DNA from: a virus
IMG/VR virus record: IMGVR_UViG_3300027828_000016
DNA: 38,245 nucleotides
Direction: 5' to 3' (one strand)
In this document: one piece after another, positions 1-7,457 of the stretch
Layout: each line of letters starts with the position of its first letter
Numbering within the stretch: the first letter of the stretch is position 1
Translations under genes and position numbers: made by a program
The notes under the pieces: generated by a model
Told to the model about the DNA's origin: nothing
What the model saw: only the letters and a program-made list of their open reading frames with translations
Databases searched by the model: none

Positions 1-127
1 AAAGCGGCCTTGCGGAGGCTGGCATCGGCGGTGGGCTTGGTGCCAGTGGAGTGGTCTTCGACCTTGTGCCACCAGTAGCCGTTCCAGAATTCATATTCAT
101 GAGAATCAACTTCAAACAATTCACAAA
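1..127. repeat. Terminal overlap copy 1: nt 1-127 identical to nt 38119-38245 (circular-assembly overlap or terminal redundancy)
   Basis: Both window ends read aaagcggccttgcggaggctgg...ttcaaacaattcacaaa; the repeat lies inside an open reading frame. Confidence 0.95.
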
Positions 128-629
128 AAGTAGGCTTAACAAGCTCCCACAACTGACCGGGCTTTAGGAAGGCGGGGGGATCGGTGATCACGCTGTTTAA
201 CAGGTCCCAAACACATTTTTTGGGGTCCCAATCCGGTTTCTTAAAACTGGTGGTCGCTCCACGTTTTTCACTCATCGCCAGCCACTTATACTCCACAACA
301 TCCTCATCCGACCGGCCCTTGATCGTCTCGACGTCTGTATTGGGCTGGACTCCTAAACTTGAATAACAGTCAAGAGCAAGAGAAAGGCTCAGCATACGAT
401 CATCTAGAGCACATTCACATAGGAAGCCTGAATATACTTGCCTAGCCGCCTCAATCACCGGCGCGGGGTCGCGGTACGGTCGGCAGTCTTCTGAGTACCA
501 CGTTGTGAGATAATTCAAATTTTCATCACCTACATCGATTAACTCTTTATATTCATTGCCGTATTTAATAAATGACAGCACATACCCACGCGGCCCTTGC
601 ACCAAATCACCTTTCTTGAAATCACTCAC
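1..629 (-). CDS. 5' part of a wrap-around gene (continues at 38118->37644; 367 aa in total); Cys-rich hypothetical protein
   Basis: GTG at 629 overlaps the lysozyme stop (GTGA). AGGAGA lies about 6 nt upstream. My hand translation of the minus frame shows no stop down to nt 1, and it runs in frame into the 37644..38237 ORF through the 127-nt overlap. Confidence 0.75.
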   Translation of the reverse strand, partial: MSDFKKGDLVQGPRGYVLSFIKYGNEYKELIDVGDENLNYLTTWYSEDCRPYRDPAPVIEAARQVYSGFLCECALDDRMLSLSLALDCYSSLGVQPNTDVETIKGRSDEDVVEYKWLAMSEKRGATTSFKKPDWDPKKCVWDLLNSVITDPPAFLKPGQLWELVKPTFCELFEVDSHEYEFWNGYWWHKVEDHSTGTKPTADASLRKAA

Positions 630-1033
630 AGCCACTCTCCTGTCTTCATTTGTTCGGCTAGCTCTGTAGCCCGGGCCCCGACTTGCTTTGCCCATTTGCT
701 ATCAAGCATTTCTTCCGCTGCCTTGTCAAAATCGCCATACGCCAATGCTTCCCACATCCTTTTAAACTGCATGAGCTTACTCACACCCATAAAACCCATG
801 TTTACCAAAACGCTCTTTCTAATCTCGTCCAAATTTGGATAAACAGGTTGTTTCTCTAGTAGGCGTCTGACTTCTGCAACGTCGGCCCAGAGCATTGACT
901 CGGCCTCGCCTTCACTGATCCCCTTGTCTTCAATATTACGGCCATAACCAATCGTCAATTTGCCAGCCGTACACCGGTAAGGCTTTAGCCGCAGTCCTTC
1001 ATGTCTCTTGAGTTGGTCTATAAGCTGTTTCAC
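626..1033 (-). CDS. Endolysin, T4-type lysozyme (GH24)
   Basis: N-terminal motif HEGLRLKPYRCTAGKLTIGYGRN, typical of phage GH24 lysozymes; 135 aa. Confidence 0.9.
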   Translation of the reverse strand: MKQLIDQLKRHEGLRLKPYRCTAGKLTIGYGRNIEDKGISEGEAESMLWADVAEVRRLLEKQPVYPNLDEIRKSVLVNMGFMGVSKLMQFKRMWEALAYGDFDKAAEEMLDSKWAKQVGARATELAEQMKTGEWL

Positions 1034-1036
1034 GAC

Positions 1037-1396
1037 TTACTCCATCATAGCCGCGCGCGGCATTATATGTTCAAGCCCATTCAGCCCAGCCCTATCATCG
1101 GTCCCAATGCCACGAGCCTCGAACGTTACAAGAAATGCGGCATTACATAAAACGTGAGCCAAGTGGGGAAGGCCACTTTCAGGATCTTTATCTTCTCCGG
1201 CCTCCCACGCTGTTAAATGACGCTTTAACGCGGCAACGGATCGTCCCCAGTCAAAGCCCTTTTCCCAGTTGCGAGAATCATATTTTTTTGCTCCCATTGT
1301 AAGGACTTGACCAAGCAGCCAAGTTGCCTCTGGTGGTATCAGGTCTAAGCGCACCTTTCCACCATCAAACTTAGCACCTTCAATATTATTTTTCAT
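1037..1396 (-). CDS. DUF5664-like protein (dATP/dGTP diphosphohydrolase N-terminal-like domain)
   Basis: Motifs KFDGGKVRLDLIPPEA, GAKKYDSRNWEKG, ALKRH, GEDKDPESGLPHLAH. ATG at 1396 is preceded by GGGAGG. The longer track ORF (to 1525) overlaps the upstream gene. Confidence 0.75.
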   Translation of the reverse strand: MKNNIEGAKFDGGKVRLDLIPPEATWLLGQVLTMGAKKYDSRNWEKGFDWGRSVAALKRHLTAWEAGEDKDPESGLPHLAHVLCNAAFLVTFEARGIGTDDRAGLNGLEHIMPRAAMME

Positions 1397-1397
1397 T

Positions 1398-2393
1398 TTA
1401 AATAAACCTCCCGCATTTAACAACTTTCGGCTTGATTGCCTGTAATTTCTTGATATGAGAGTACCAAACAACTTTTTGAATGTCACCATCAAAATCGTTC
1501 GGCACATCAAAATGAACCAAGCCAAAATTTACAGTGCCGCTACAACGCTGAGCGCCGAACTTTGTGGCCGGACCCTGAAGAGGTGGTAGAGTCATTGCGA
1601 GATAATTAAGAGAATCGCCGACGTGAATGTGATAATGGACGTGTGAACGGATAAAAATATTCCCTTTTGGTGCCCCGTCGATTTCTTCCCACAGTCGGTT
1701 CCAAACGTACTCTTTTGCAAGCTGGGTTGCCCGACCGTGCGGAATAGACGATGACCCAAGGTGATGTTTTACATCAAAAACGCAACCGTTGATATCAAGC
1801 CAAACATGGTCGCCTATCGTCGCCTTTGCCTCTCTGGCTATCCAGTCCTCGCACTCTTCCCCATCGGTGGTAACATGATATCCTGTCCCGTGGGTCATGT
1901 GTACCTCAGACGCGCCAACAAACTTGATGCACTCAGAAGCCATTTCCGCTTGCTCCGTTGTCGAGGTCGTAATTAACTCAACACCGCCGCTACGCTTCCC
2001 CTTACCATCAACAGAATCACCGTTTACTATCATGACGTCAATATGCCCAAGGGACTTGACAACACTTTCAAAGTGGTCCCAAGCCTCTCGCTGCATGATG
2101 GATCTCTGTTTAAATCTTACGGGGGCGTTGTGGGCATATTGTACCTGCCAAGGTGGCGGTGTAAGACCGGCGAAATGTCCACAGTGCATATCCCCGATTG
2201 CAAGCACTCGTTTAAAATCCCTCACCACGTTTTTTGCAACTGGCCTGCGCAACTTTTCACGAGACGGCTCGACAACTTTGTCAGGAGTAGCGTCTAGCCA
2301 CCGCGTAAACGTTGTCCTTGGCATGCCCAAAAGCTTAGCCGCCTCGCGTTTGCTGCCAGCTTTTTTATACCAACCTGCAACTGTATTACCCAC
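1398..2393 (-). CDS. Calcineurin-like metallophosphoesterase with N-terminal HTH
   Basis: Motifs GDMHCGH, NGDSVDGKG, HGTGYH, SHVHYH. The N-terminus SKREAAKLLGMPRTTFTRWL is HTH-like. GTG start at 2393. Confidence 0.75.
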   Translation of the reverse strand: MGNTVAGWYKKAGSKREAAKLLGMPRTTFTRWLDATPDKVVEPSREKLRRPVAKNVVRDFKRVLAIGDMHCGHFAGLTPPPWQVQYAHNAPVRFKQRSIMQREAWDHFESVVKSLGHIDVMIVNGDSVDGKGKRSGGVELITTSTTEQAEMASECIKFVGASEVHMTHGTGYHVTTDGEECEDWIAREAKATIGDHVWLDINGCVFDVKHHLGSSSIPHGRATQLAKEYVWNRLWEEIDGAPKGNIFIRSHVHYHIHVGDSLNYLAMTLPPLQGPATKFGAQRCSGTVNFGLVHFDVPNDFDGDIQKVVWYSHIKKLQAIKPKVVKCGRFI

Positions 2394-2523
2394 GCTTACG
2401 CTCCTCGTTTATGTGGTCAGCATACGCTTGATCAACTTCGTCCAGAGTAAACCCCTCACGCAATTTCTTATTCCGCCACTCCCTGAGGGACATCGCCAAT
2501 CTGTGTTCACGGGTAATTTTCAT
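2386..2523 (-). CDS. Small hypothetical protein (45 aa; start uncertain, the track ORF extends to 2610)
   Basis: ATG at 2523 is preceded by GGAGAAAAAA; the alternative ATG at 2610 has no SD. Confidence 0.45.
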   Translation of the reverse strand: MKITREHRLAMSLREWRNKKLREGFTLDEVDQAYADHINEERKRG

Positions 2524-2625
2524 TTTTTTCTCCGTTTTAAATTTTGCGCCTAACGCATTTTTATCTTTCCGGCGGCACGACGGTGCAACTTTACCCTTAA
2601 CTTGCCTCATATCGGACGCTACGTG

Positions 2626-2826
2626 CTAAATATGGCCCTTTAGAATCAACTTCTCACGTTTGATTGCAGCCTCAACCGTCAAATGACATTCTCCACCGTT
2701 CGTAATTCGCGAATTGCAAGCCATCTGAAAACCATTCCAAGCACAGCAACCTTTGTATTGCCCTTTGCGTCCTTGCCCCTCACATATCAACGGGAAGCGC
2801 GAGTGTATGATTTCCCAATCTGTCAT
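2626..2826 (-). CDS. Hypothetical Cys-rich protein (66 aa)
   Basis: ATGA overlap with the upstream gene; operon packing. Confidence 0.6.
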   Translation of the reverse strand: MTDWEIIHSRFPLICEGQGRKGQYKGCCAWNGFQMACNSRITNGGECHLTVEAAIKREKLILKGHI

Positions 2827-3803
2827 TATAGTCCCAAAGCAGATCTCGTTTTTGCCGCGGAGGCCTCTGACTCATACAGCGACCACAAATCTGATCTCTC
2901 CTTCTCGGTAAGATATCTCCAGTCTGAGCGGCTAACGATCTTGCGCCCCCTGTCAACAAAAAAATCACGCTCCATGCCCTGCGGGTTGATTCCACCAACA
3001 GGCAGTTTACACTTTATTATTTTACACGAATTTACGCCATGGTTGTAAAACAGACTGACTGCGAGCCTAGACTTTTCTAGCGTAAAATCTCCACCCCTTG
3101 GAGTCTCTCGGCCCTTGTCTTTTTGGATACAAATAACGGCTATACCATCGTTAAGTCGCTCGTGTATCTTCTGAATCCAGCCGGCCACTAAAAAAAACTT
3201 ATCCGAAACTTCAAGATAATCGATCACGTTAAAACCGTCAGGGTCGATTACTTGGTGAAAATCTCGCGTTCTTTCGTACGCGTTTAGACCATACCAACCC
3301 TCTTTCCTGTTGTCAACGTTCATAAGCCTTTGGCGCAATTCACCGTCTCCCATCTCGGAGTTAAACAGGTTTATTTTTTCGTGTGCGCCACCATTAACCT
3401 TTAAATTTCTGTGTATTATTTCAATCACCGTTGCTGTTTTTCCGGCGTTTGTTTCTCCAGCAAGGACAACAACATTCTTTTTCTGGACACCGCAAATTGA
3501 ATGAAGTTCCAGCGGAAACCAAACCGGATAATATTCTACATCGGCGTTCTCCCAATCCATTTTACGGCAATCTTTAACGACTGACCTGTATTGTCCACGA
3601 CGATCACCACACGGCTCAATTTTCCCCATGGTTACAAGATCACGCAAAACCATATCTCGAATTTCTGGATTTTCTCCAAGCATAAGCTCTTTCCCAAAAA
3701 CAAATGCTGAAAACTCTCCAGCGGGCTGAGCATCGACCCAATCCTTTGCCTTCATGGTGAGATTCATCAACCCTTTTTCTCTCGCGTCATTATGCGGCAC
3801 CAT
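2826..3803 (-). CDS. RecA-fold P-loop ATPase, DnaB-like replicative helicase candidate
   Basis: Walker A GETNAGKT; Walker B-like FNVIDYLE; AVICIQKDKG. AAGGAG lies upstream of ATG 3803. Sits next to the initiator gene. Confidence 0.6.
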   Translation of the reverse strand: MVPHNDAREKGLMNLTMKAKDWVDAQPAGEFSAFVFGKELMLGENPEIRDMVLRDLVTMGKIEPCGDRRGQYRSVVKDCRKMDWENADVEYYPVWFPLELHSICGVQKKNVVVLAGETNAGKTATVIEIIHRNLKVNGGAHEKINLFNSEMGDGELRQRLMNVDNRKEGWYGLNAYERTRDFHQVIDPDGFNVIDYLEVSDKFFLVAGWIQKIHERLNDGIAVICIQKDKGRETPRGGDFTLEKSRLAVSLFYNHGVNSCKIIKCKLPVGGINPQGMERDFFVDRGRKIVSRSDWRYLTEKERSDLWSLYESEASAAKTRSALGL

Positions 3804-4113
3804 ATCTCTCCTTGTGTTTTTCTGTGATTACGCTTGTCAAAATACGTATTTGTGTTTCTGCCCAGCGTTTTCTAGGGACGGACGCCGCATTTTCTATCAC
3901 AGCAATTAACGCCAGGAACGTATCGTCTCCATATTTTAGCACCATGCCACGAAGTAAATCGTATTCTTTCACCTTGCCAGAGTGATACGCCTCAAGAGCG
4001 CGCCGAATAGTCATCCACGGCTCTTGGCCTGTTATGTATACGGGTGTGCTTTGAAACAACTCTGGATACATGTGCATACCTGACAATGCCCTGAGTTGTA
4101 GTTCATCAAGCAC
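3790..4113 (-). CDS. Hypothetical protein (107 aa)
   Basis: GTG start at 4113 with AAGGAG 7 nt upstream. Confidence 0.6.
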   Translation of the reverse strand: MLDELQLRALSGMHMYPELFQSTPVYITGQEPWMTIRRALEAYHSGKVKEYDLLRGMVLKYGDDTFLALIAVIENAASVPRKRWAETQIRILTSVITEKHKERYGAA

Positions 4114-4882
4114 TGTTTATCTCCTTCGCCCTGGATGCAAGTATATTTGTAAACTTGATCTCACCGTTTCGGCCTTTCTTCGTCAGAGCGGCAAGCGATA
4201 AAATATTCACAGCCCAAAAATTATTATTTCTGGCCCACTCAATCGTTTCATAAACAGTCTGCCTGTTGAACCCTTGGACCCTGATGAGGTTGTCTATGGC
4301 CTTTGCCCCGTTCACGGCCTTTGAGTGTGTTGGTTTGCACATGGCCCCCCAGCGTTCATTTTGTTTTTTTAAGAACTCCTGTGAGAAGGAAAAATACTCT
4401 TTCCAGTCTTCCTCTTTGCACCTCTTTGGACGGGGTCCGGGGAGAGCGTTAGCGTCGACCCTATTCTTATTCTTTTCATTCTTATCATTCTTGTTAGTGT
4501 CTTTCTGTGGTACTTCTGTGGGCACGTCTGTGGTACTTTCTGTGGTACTTTTTGATTGATACTTTTCGTAATTGTTCAATGTTATTAGGCTGGTGGTCTT
4601 GTTTTTCTGTTGTACTATCTGTTGTTCTTTTTTTTCGAGTTCGTTCAAAAAATTACGAACCTTAGTTCTAGACCATTTCCACCTGTCAGAAAGCTTGTGT
4701 TGGGACCATCCGACTTGTCCACGCTTCACCTCAATGCGGTTGCCTCTGACCCTAATATATCCGTCCTTGTGGTTGGCAAGCATGACGAGGTCAACCCATG
4801 CTTGTCCACGGGTAAATGGCTCCGCTGTCCAGAGTTCATTTTCGCTTATTTGGCGGAATATTTTAACGTACCCACGGTGCAT
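4106..4882 (-). CDS. Replication initiation / replisome organiser protein (DnaD- or phage O-like winged HTH)
   Basis: N-terminus GYVKIFRQISENELW...AWVDLVMLANHKDGYIRVRG...RGQVGWSQHKLSDRWKWSRTKVRNFLNELEK matches the pattern I recall for phage replication-protein N-terminal domains. Confidence 0.65.
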   Translation of the reverse strand: MHRGYVKIFRQISENELWTAEPFTRGQAWVDLVMLANHKDGYIRVRGNRIEVKRGQVGWSQHKLSDRWKWSRTKVRNFLNELEKKEQQIVQQKNKTTSLITLNNYEKYQSKSTTESTTDVPTEVPQKDTNKNDKNEKNKNRVDANALPGPRPKRCKEEDWKEYFSFSQEFLKKQNERWGAMCKPTHSKAVNGAKAIDNLIRVQGFNRQTVYETIEWARNNNFWAVNILSLAALTKKGRNGEIKFTNILASRAKEINSA

Positions 4883-4883
4883 C

Positions 4884-5405
4884 TTACCCGCCTATCGCTT
4901 TTTGTAATGTCTTCATGGTTTTTATCTCTCTTTCCCACGTCAAACGCATTTGTTGGTACATTTCGGCTTCCGCTTCTGCTCTAGCGTTCTTTTCAGTCCT
5001 AGCGAACCAGAACTGAATGCCGTTTTTTTGTGCCCAGGATCGGCAGGAATTGACGAAAGCCTTTGGGTTGCCCTTACGCCTAGGCAAAGGGTGAAAAAGC
5101 GCGTCATAAGGGGCCTCGACGATAACCGCGAAATATTCGTATCCTCTTGCTCTGTGCATTTCGCGAGAAAAGCGGTCCCGGCCCTGAAACATTGAGCCAT
5201 ACAGGTCTATTAAGCTTTTACGCTCCCACCCGAACCGATGCTCAAAGTGTTTAATGGCATAGTCTCCAGTTGTGAGCGTCCCCACCTCCACGGAGACGGG
5301 GAAACGCTCAAACGTAAATGGTGACTGCTCTCGACTGTCTATTATTATTGTGAATTTTTTCATATTTAATTTAATGTCAGTTGGTGTAGTCGCTCTCCAG
5401 TTCAT
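4884..5405 (-). CDS. ERCC4-type (XPF/Mus81-like) nuclease
   Basis: DSREQ ... GDYAI ... ERKSLIDL signature. The start could be ATG 5405 or ATG 5363. Confidence 0.7.
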   Translation of the reverse strand: MNWRATTPTDIKLNMKKFTIIIDSREQSPFTFERFPVSVEVGTLTTGDYAIKHFEHRFGWERKSLIDLYGSMFQGRDRFSREMHRARGYEYFAVIVEAPYDALFHPLPRRKGNPKAFVNSCRSWAQKNGIQFWFARTEKNARAEAEAEMYQQMRLTWEREIKTMKTLQKAIGG

Positions 5406-5429
5406 CTCCGCTGTCTATATTCATTGGCA

Positions 5430-5942
5430 TTAAAACGGAGCGTCGTCCATTCCACTGGCCTCAGACGGGAAAGCTGGACCAAGATCATCTTTTTGTTGCT
5501 GTGGCTGTTGTGGGGCTTGCTGAGTAGTCTGTTGCTGTTGATATCCTCCCTGCTGCTGTTGATATCCTCCCTGCTGCTGCGGCTGTCCCTGTTGCTGTTC
5601 TGGTGCGCGGTCAAGTCCCTGCGCGTTGAACGCCTTGATTTCAGTCATGTATCTATCTTGGCCGGTGTTTTGATCCTGCCACTTGCGAGTTTCAAGGCTG
5701 CCCTCGATCATTACAAGTCGACCCTTGCCGAGATAATTCCCGCAAAACTCTGCCGTCCGGTTCCAGGCAACAACGTTATGCCATTCGGTCTTGTCAACCT
5801 TCTGGCCTGTTTGCTTGTCCTTGTATCCTTCGTCGGTTGCCACGGAGAACTTGCAACGTGCTGCCCCGTTTGGCGTGTATGACAACTCCGGGTCGCGCCC
5901 AAGCCGACCAATCAAAATTACTTTGTTCATGCTGCCTGCCAT
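5430..5942 (-). CDS. ssb: Single-stranded DNA-binding protein
   Basis: OB-fold N-terminus MNKVILIGRLGRDPE; Gln/Gly-rich linker; acidic tip DDAPF. AAGGAG lies upstream of ATG 5942. Confidence 0.95.
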   Translation of the reverse strand: MAGSMNKVILIGRLGRDPELSYTPNGAARCKFSVATDEGYKDKQTGQKVDKTEWHNVVAWNRTAEFCGNYLGKGRLVMIEGSLETRKWQDQNTGQDRYMTEIKAFNAQGLDRAPEQQQGQPQQQGGYQQQQGGYQQQQTTQQAPQQPQQQKDDLGPAFPSEASGMDDAPF

Positions 5943-6556
5943 TACTGTAACTCCTTAATACGTTTTATTGTTTCCGCCAAATCTACGGCGAAGCGTTCAA
6001 GTTCATTGCTCAACTTTTCAATAAAGGTTTCGTCTCTAGTAACACGAACAATGAGCGCAGGCAATCCCGGGTTGAAAAACGACACAAAATCCCACCACTC
6101 ACGGCCAGTGATAAACATTGACCCTTGGACCTGTTGATAATATTTAGTCGGCAATACTCCTTTGAAAAGATATTCAAGATGAGTGTGGATTTTAGGGCAT
6201 TTAATTTCAACTCCGCCTTCATCACCCACAAGTCCGTCGGGAGAACATGAAAACAGCTTTCTCGCGTCGTGATAACAAAGCGCTACCTCTTTAACGTCAA
6301 CGTCGTTCATAAACTCGTAATAACGCCGCGCTTCTGCTTCCATTTCCACCCCACGCTCCATGGCCGCGTTACTGTATCCTTCTGTCTTTTCGCCAATGAT
6401 AGCTTCACCAGCAAGCTGATAGAGATACGCTTTGCGCTGTTTAGACGGCAGGCCCTTGCTTGTTACTATTTTATCGAAGCATGAGGCCGAAGGTATCCCG
6501 GATCGAGCCGCAAACCATTCTGGCGAACCCTGCTCAAAGTCTTCAATCGTTATCAT
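5942..6556 (-). CDS. YqaJ-type viral recombinase exonuclease (lambda Exo-like PD-(D/E)xK)
   Basis: QGSPEWFAARSGIPSAS ... SPDGLV ... VEIKCP motifs. Confidence 0.85.
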   Translation of the reverse strand: MITIEDFEQGSPEWFAARSGIPSASCFDKIVTSKGLPSKQRKAYLYQLAGEAIIGEKTEGYSNAAMERGVEMEAEARRYYEFMNDVDVKEVALCYHDARKLFSCSPDGLVGDEGGVEIKCPKIHTHLEYLFKGVLPTKYYQQVQGSMFITGREWWDFVSFFNPGLPALIVRVTRDETFIEKLSNELERFAVDLAETIKRIKELQ

Positions 6557-7131
6557 TACGCCCCCTTCTTAACCTTGGCCTTGATTGCCTTCCTGGCAGA
6601 CTTGTAATCGTCGGCGGCAATGTTCTCAACACTGGTAGAGCCAAACAAGGCGCAAAATTTGGAAATGTCTGAGCCTGTTTCCTTCAAGGCGGCATTAAGG
6701 TTTTCGGCCTGTTCCTTTGAAATAGAAACAAGCCCGATTGAATCGGCATCACGGTTGTCGTCAATCAGGAAAAGAGCATTGAGAGCGTATTTCCTTGCGT
6801 AGCTCGACGCCGCACCGGTCACTTGGCTTTCGTCCATCCCCTTTTTAGAAAGAGGCTCACGCGCCCATCCATAGCAACTCTTAGTCTCTCCGGTTGAGCA
6901 TGACACGGTTGCCGTAGCCTTTAAATAATAGCGTTCACCGACAACAATAATTTCGTCTGTGAGTGTCAGCAGCAATCCAGAGGCCAGCAAGCTAGGCTTG
7001 AGTGCCTGGAGGATATCCTCACAAGTTCGATATGCGAACCCGCCAAATTTGTTGTCTCTCATCTTTGGGGCTTTCAAGTCGTGTTGGACTTTGAGAAGCT
7101 TTTCATCAAGGGTGTGCGTGTTTTTTTCCAT
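6556..7131 (-). CDS. erf: ERF-family single-strand annealing protein
   Basis: FAYRTCEDILQALKP ... QVTGAASSYARKYALNALF motifs; AAGGAG upstream of ATG 7131. Confidence 0.85.
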   Translation of the reverse strand: MEKNTHTLDEKLLKVQHDLKAPKMRDNKFGGFAYRTCEDILQALKPSLLASGLLLTLTDEIIVVGERYYLKATATVSCSTGETKSCYGWAREPLSKKGMDESQVTGAASSYARKYALNALFLIDDNRDADSIGLVSISKEQAENLNAALKETGSDISKFCALFGSTSVENIAADDYKSARKAIKAKVKKGA

Positions 7132-7157
7132 TTCTACTCCTTTTGTTTTGTGCCAAG

Positions 7158-7186
7158 TTTATATATCCATTATAAACAAAAATCAA
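7158..7186 (-). promoter_or_regulatory. Candidate sigma70-type promoter for the leftward recombination/replication operon
   Basis: Minus strand reads TTGATT-17 nt-TATAAA, about 25 nt upstream of the erf SD. Confidence 0.3.
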
Positions 7187-7210
7187 GTTTAAAATATTTC
7201 CAAAAAAAGG

Positions 7211-7240
7211 TTGACAGTATTGCGACGCTTATGATTAGAT
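7211..7240 (+). promoter_or_regulatory. Candidate rightward promoter facing the non-coding RNA region
   Basis: Consensus -35 TTGACA (7211-7216), 18-nt spacer, TGaTTAGAT extended -10-like element. Confidence 0.3.
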
Positions 7241-7408
7241 CTATTCAACACGACAGCAAAACATCTACCACTGAAAGTGGATGTGTAAAAACTTGCTATT
7301 CATTTGACCGGCACCGTGTCGGTGGCAATCTACGGACAGCCACAGCGGGCAACCGCAGGCAAAACGGGCAAGGTTCACATTTGGAACCTTTGATCCTCCT
7401 AGTCTCCT

Positions 7409-7442
7409 GCCTGGAGAGGTTAAACCCAGGCAACATTTTTTT
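7409..7442 (+). terminator. Terminator-like hairpin plus T7 run
   Basis: GCCTGG (7409-7414) pairs with CCAGGC (7426-7431) across an 11-nt loop, followed by aaca and TTTTTTT (7436-7442). Confidence 0.35.
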
Positions 7443-7453
7443 GATCTTTGAAA
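7440..7453. repeat. 14-bp direct repeat TTTGATCTTTGAAA, copy 1
   Basis: Exact match to 7668-7681; follows a hairpin 3' arm. Confidence 0.9.
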
Positions 7454-7457
7454 ATAT

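Noticed and set aside
1-127. Biological direct terminal repeat (T7-like DTR)
   Set aside because: The repeat is exactly 127 nt, lies inside a continuous coding frame, and has no terminus-like features. An assembler overlap of a circular or permuted genome is the simpler explanation. This is testable with read-terminus analysis.
5402-5882. ORFs 5402..5614 (-) and 5424..5882 (+) overlapping ssb
   Set aside because: They are alternative frames of the Gln-rich ssb linker repeat. The ssb frame has unmistakable OB-fold and acidic-tip motifs.
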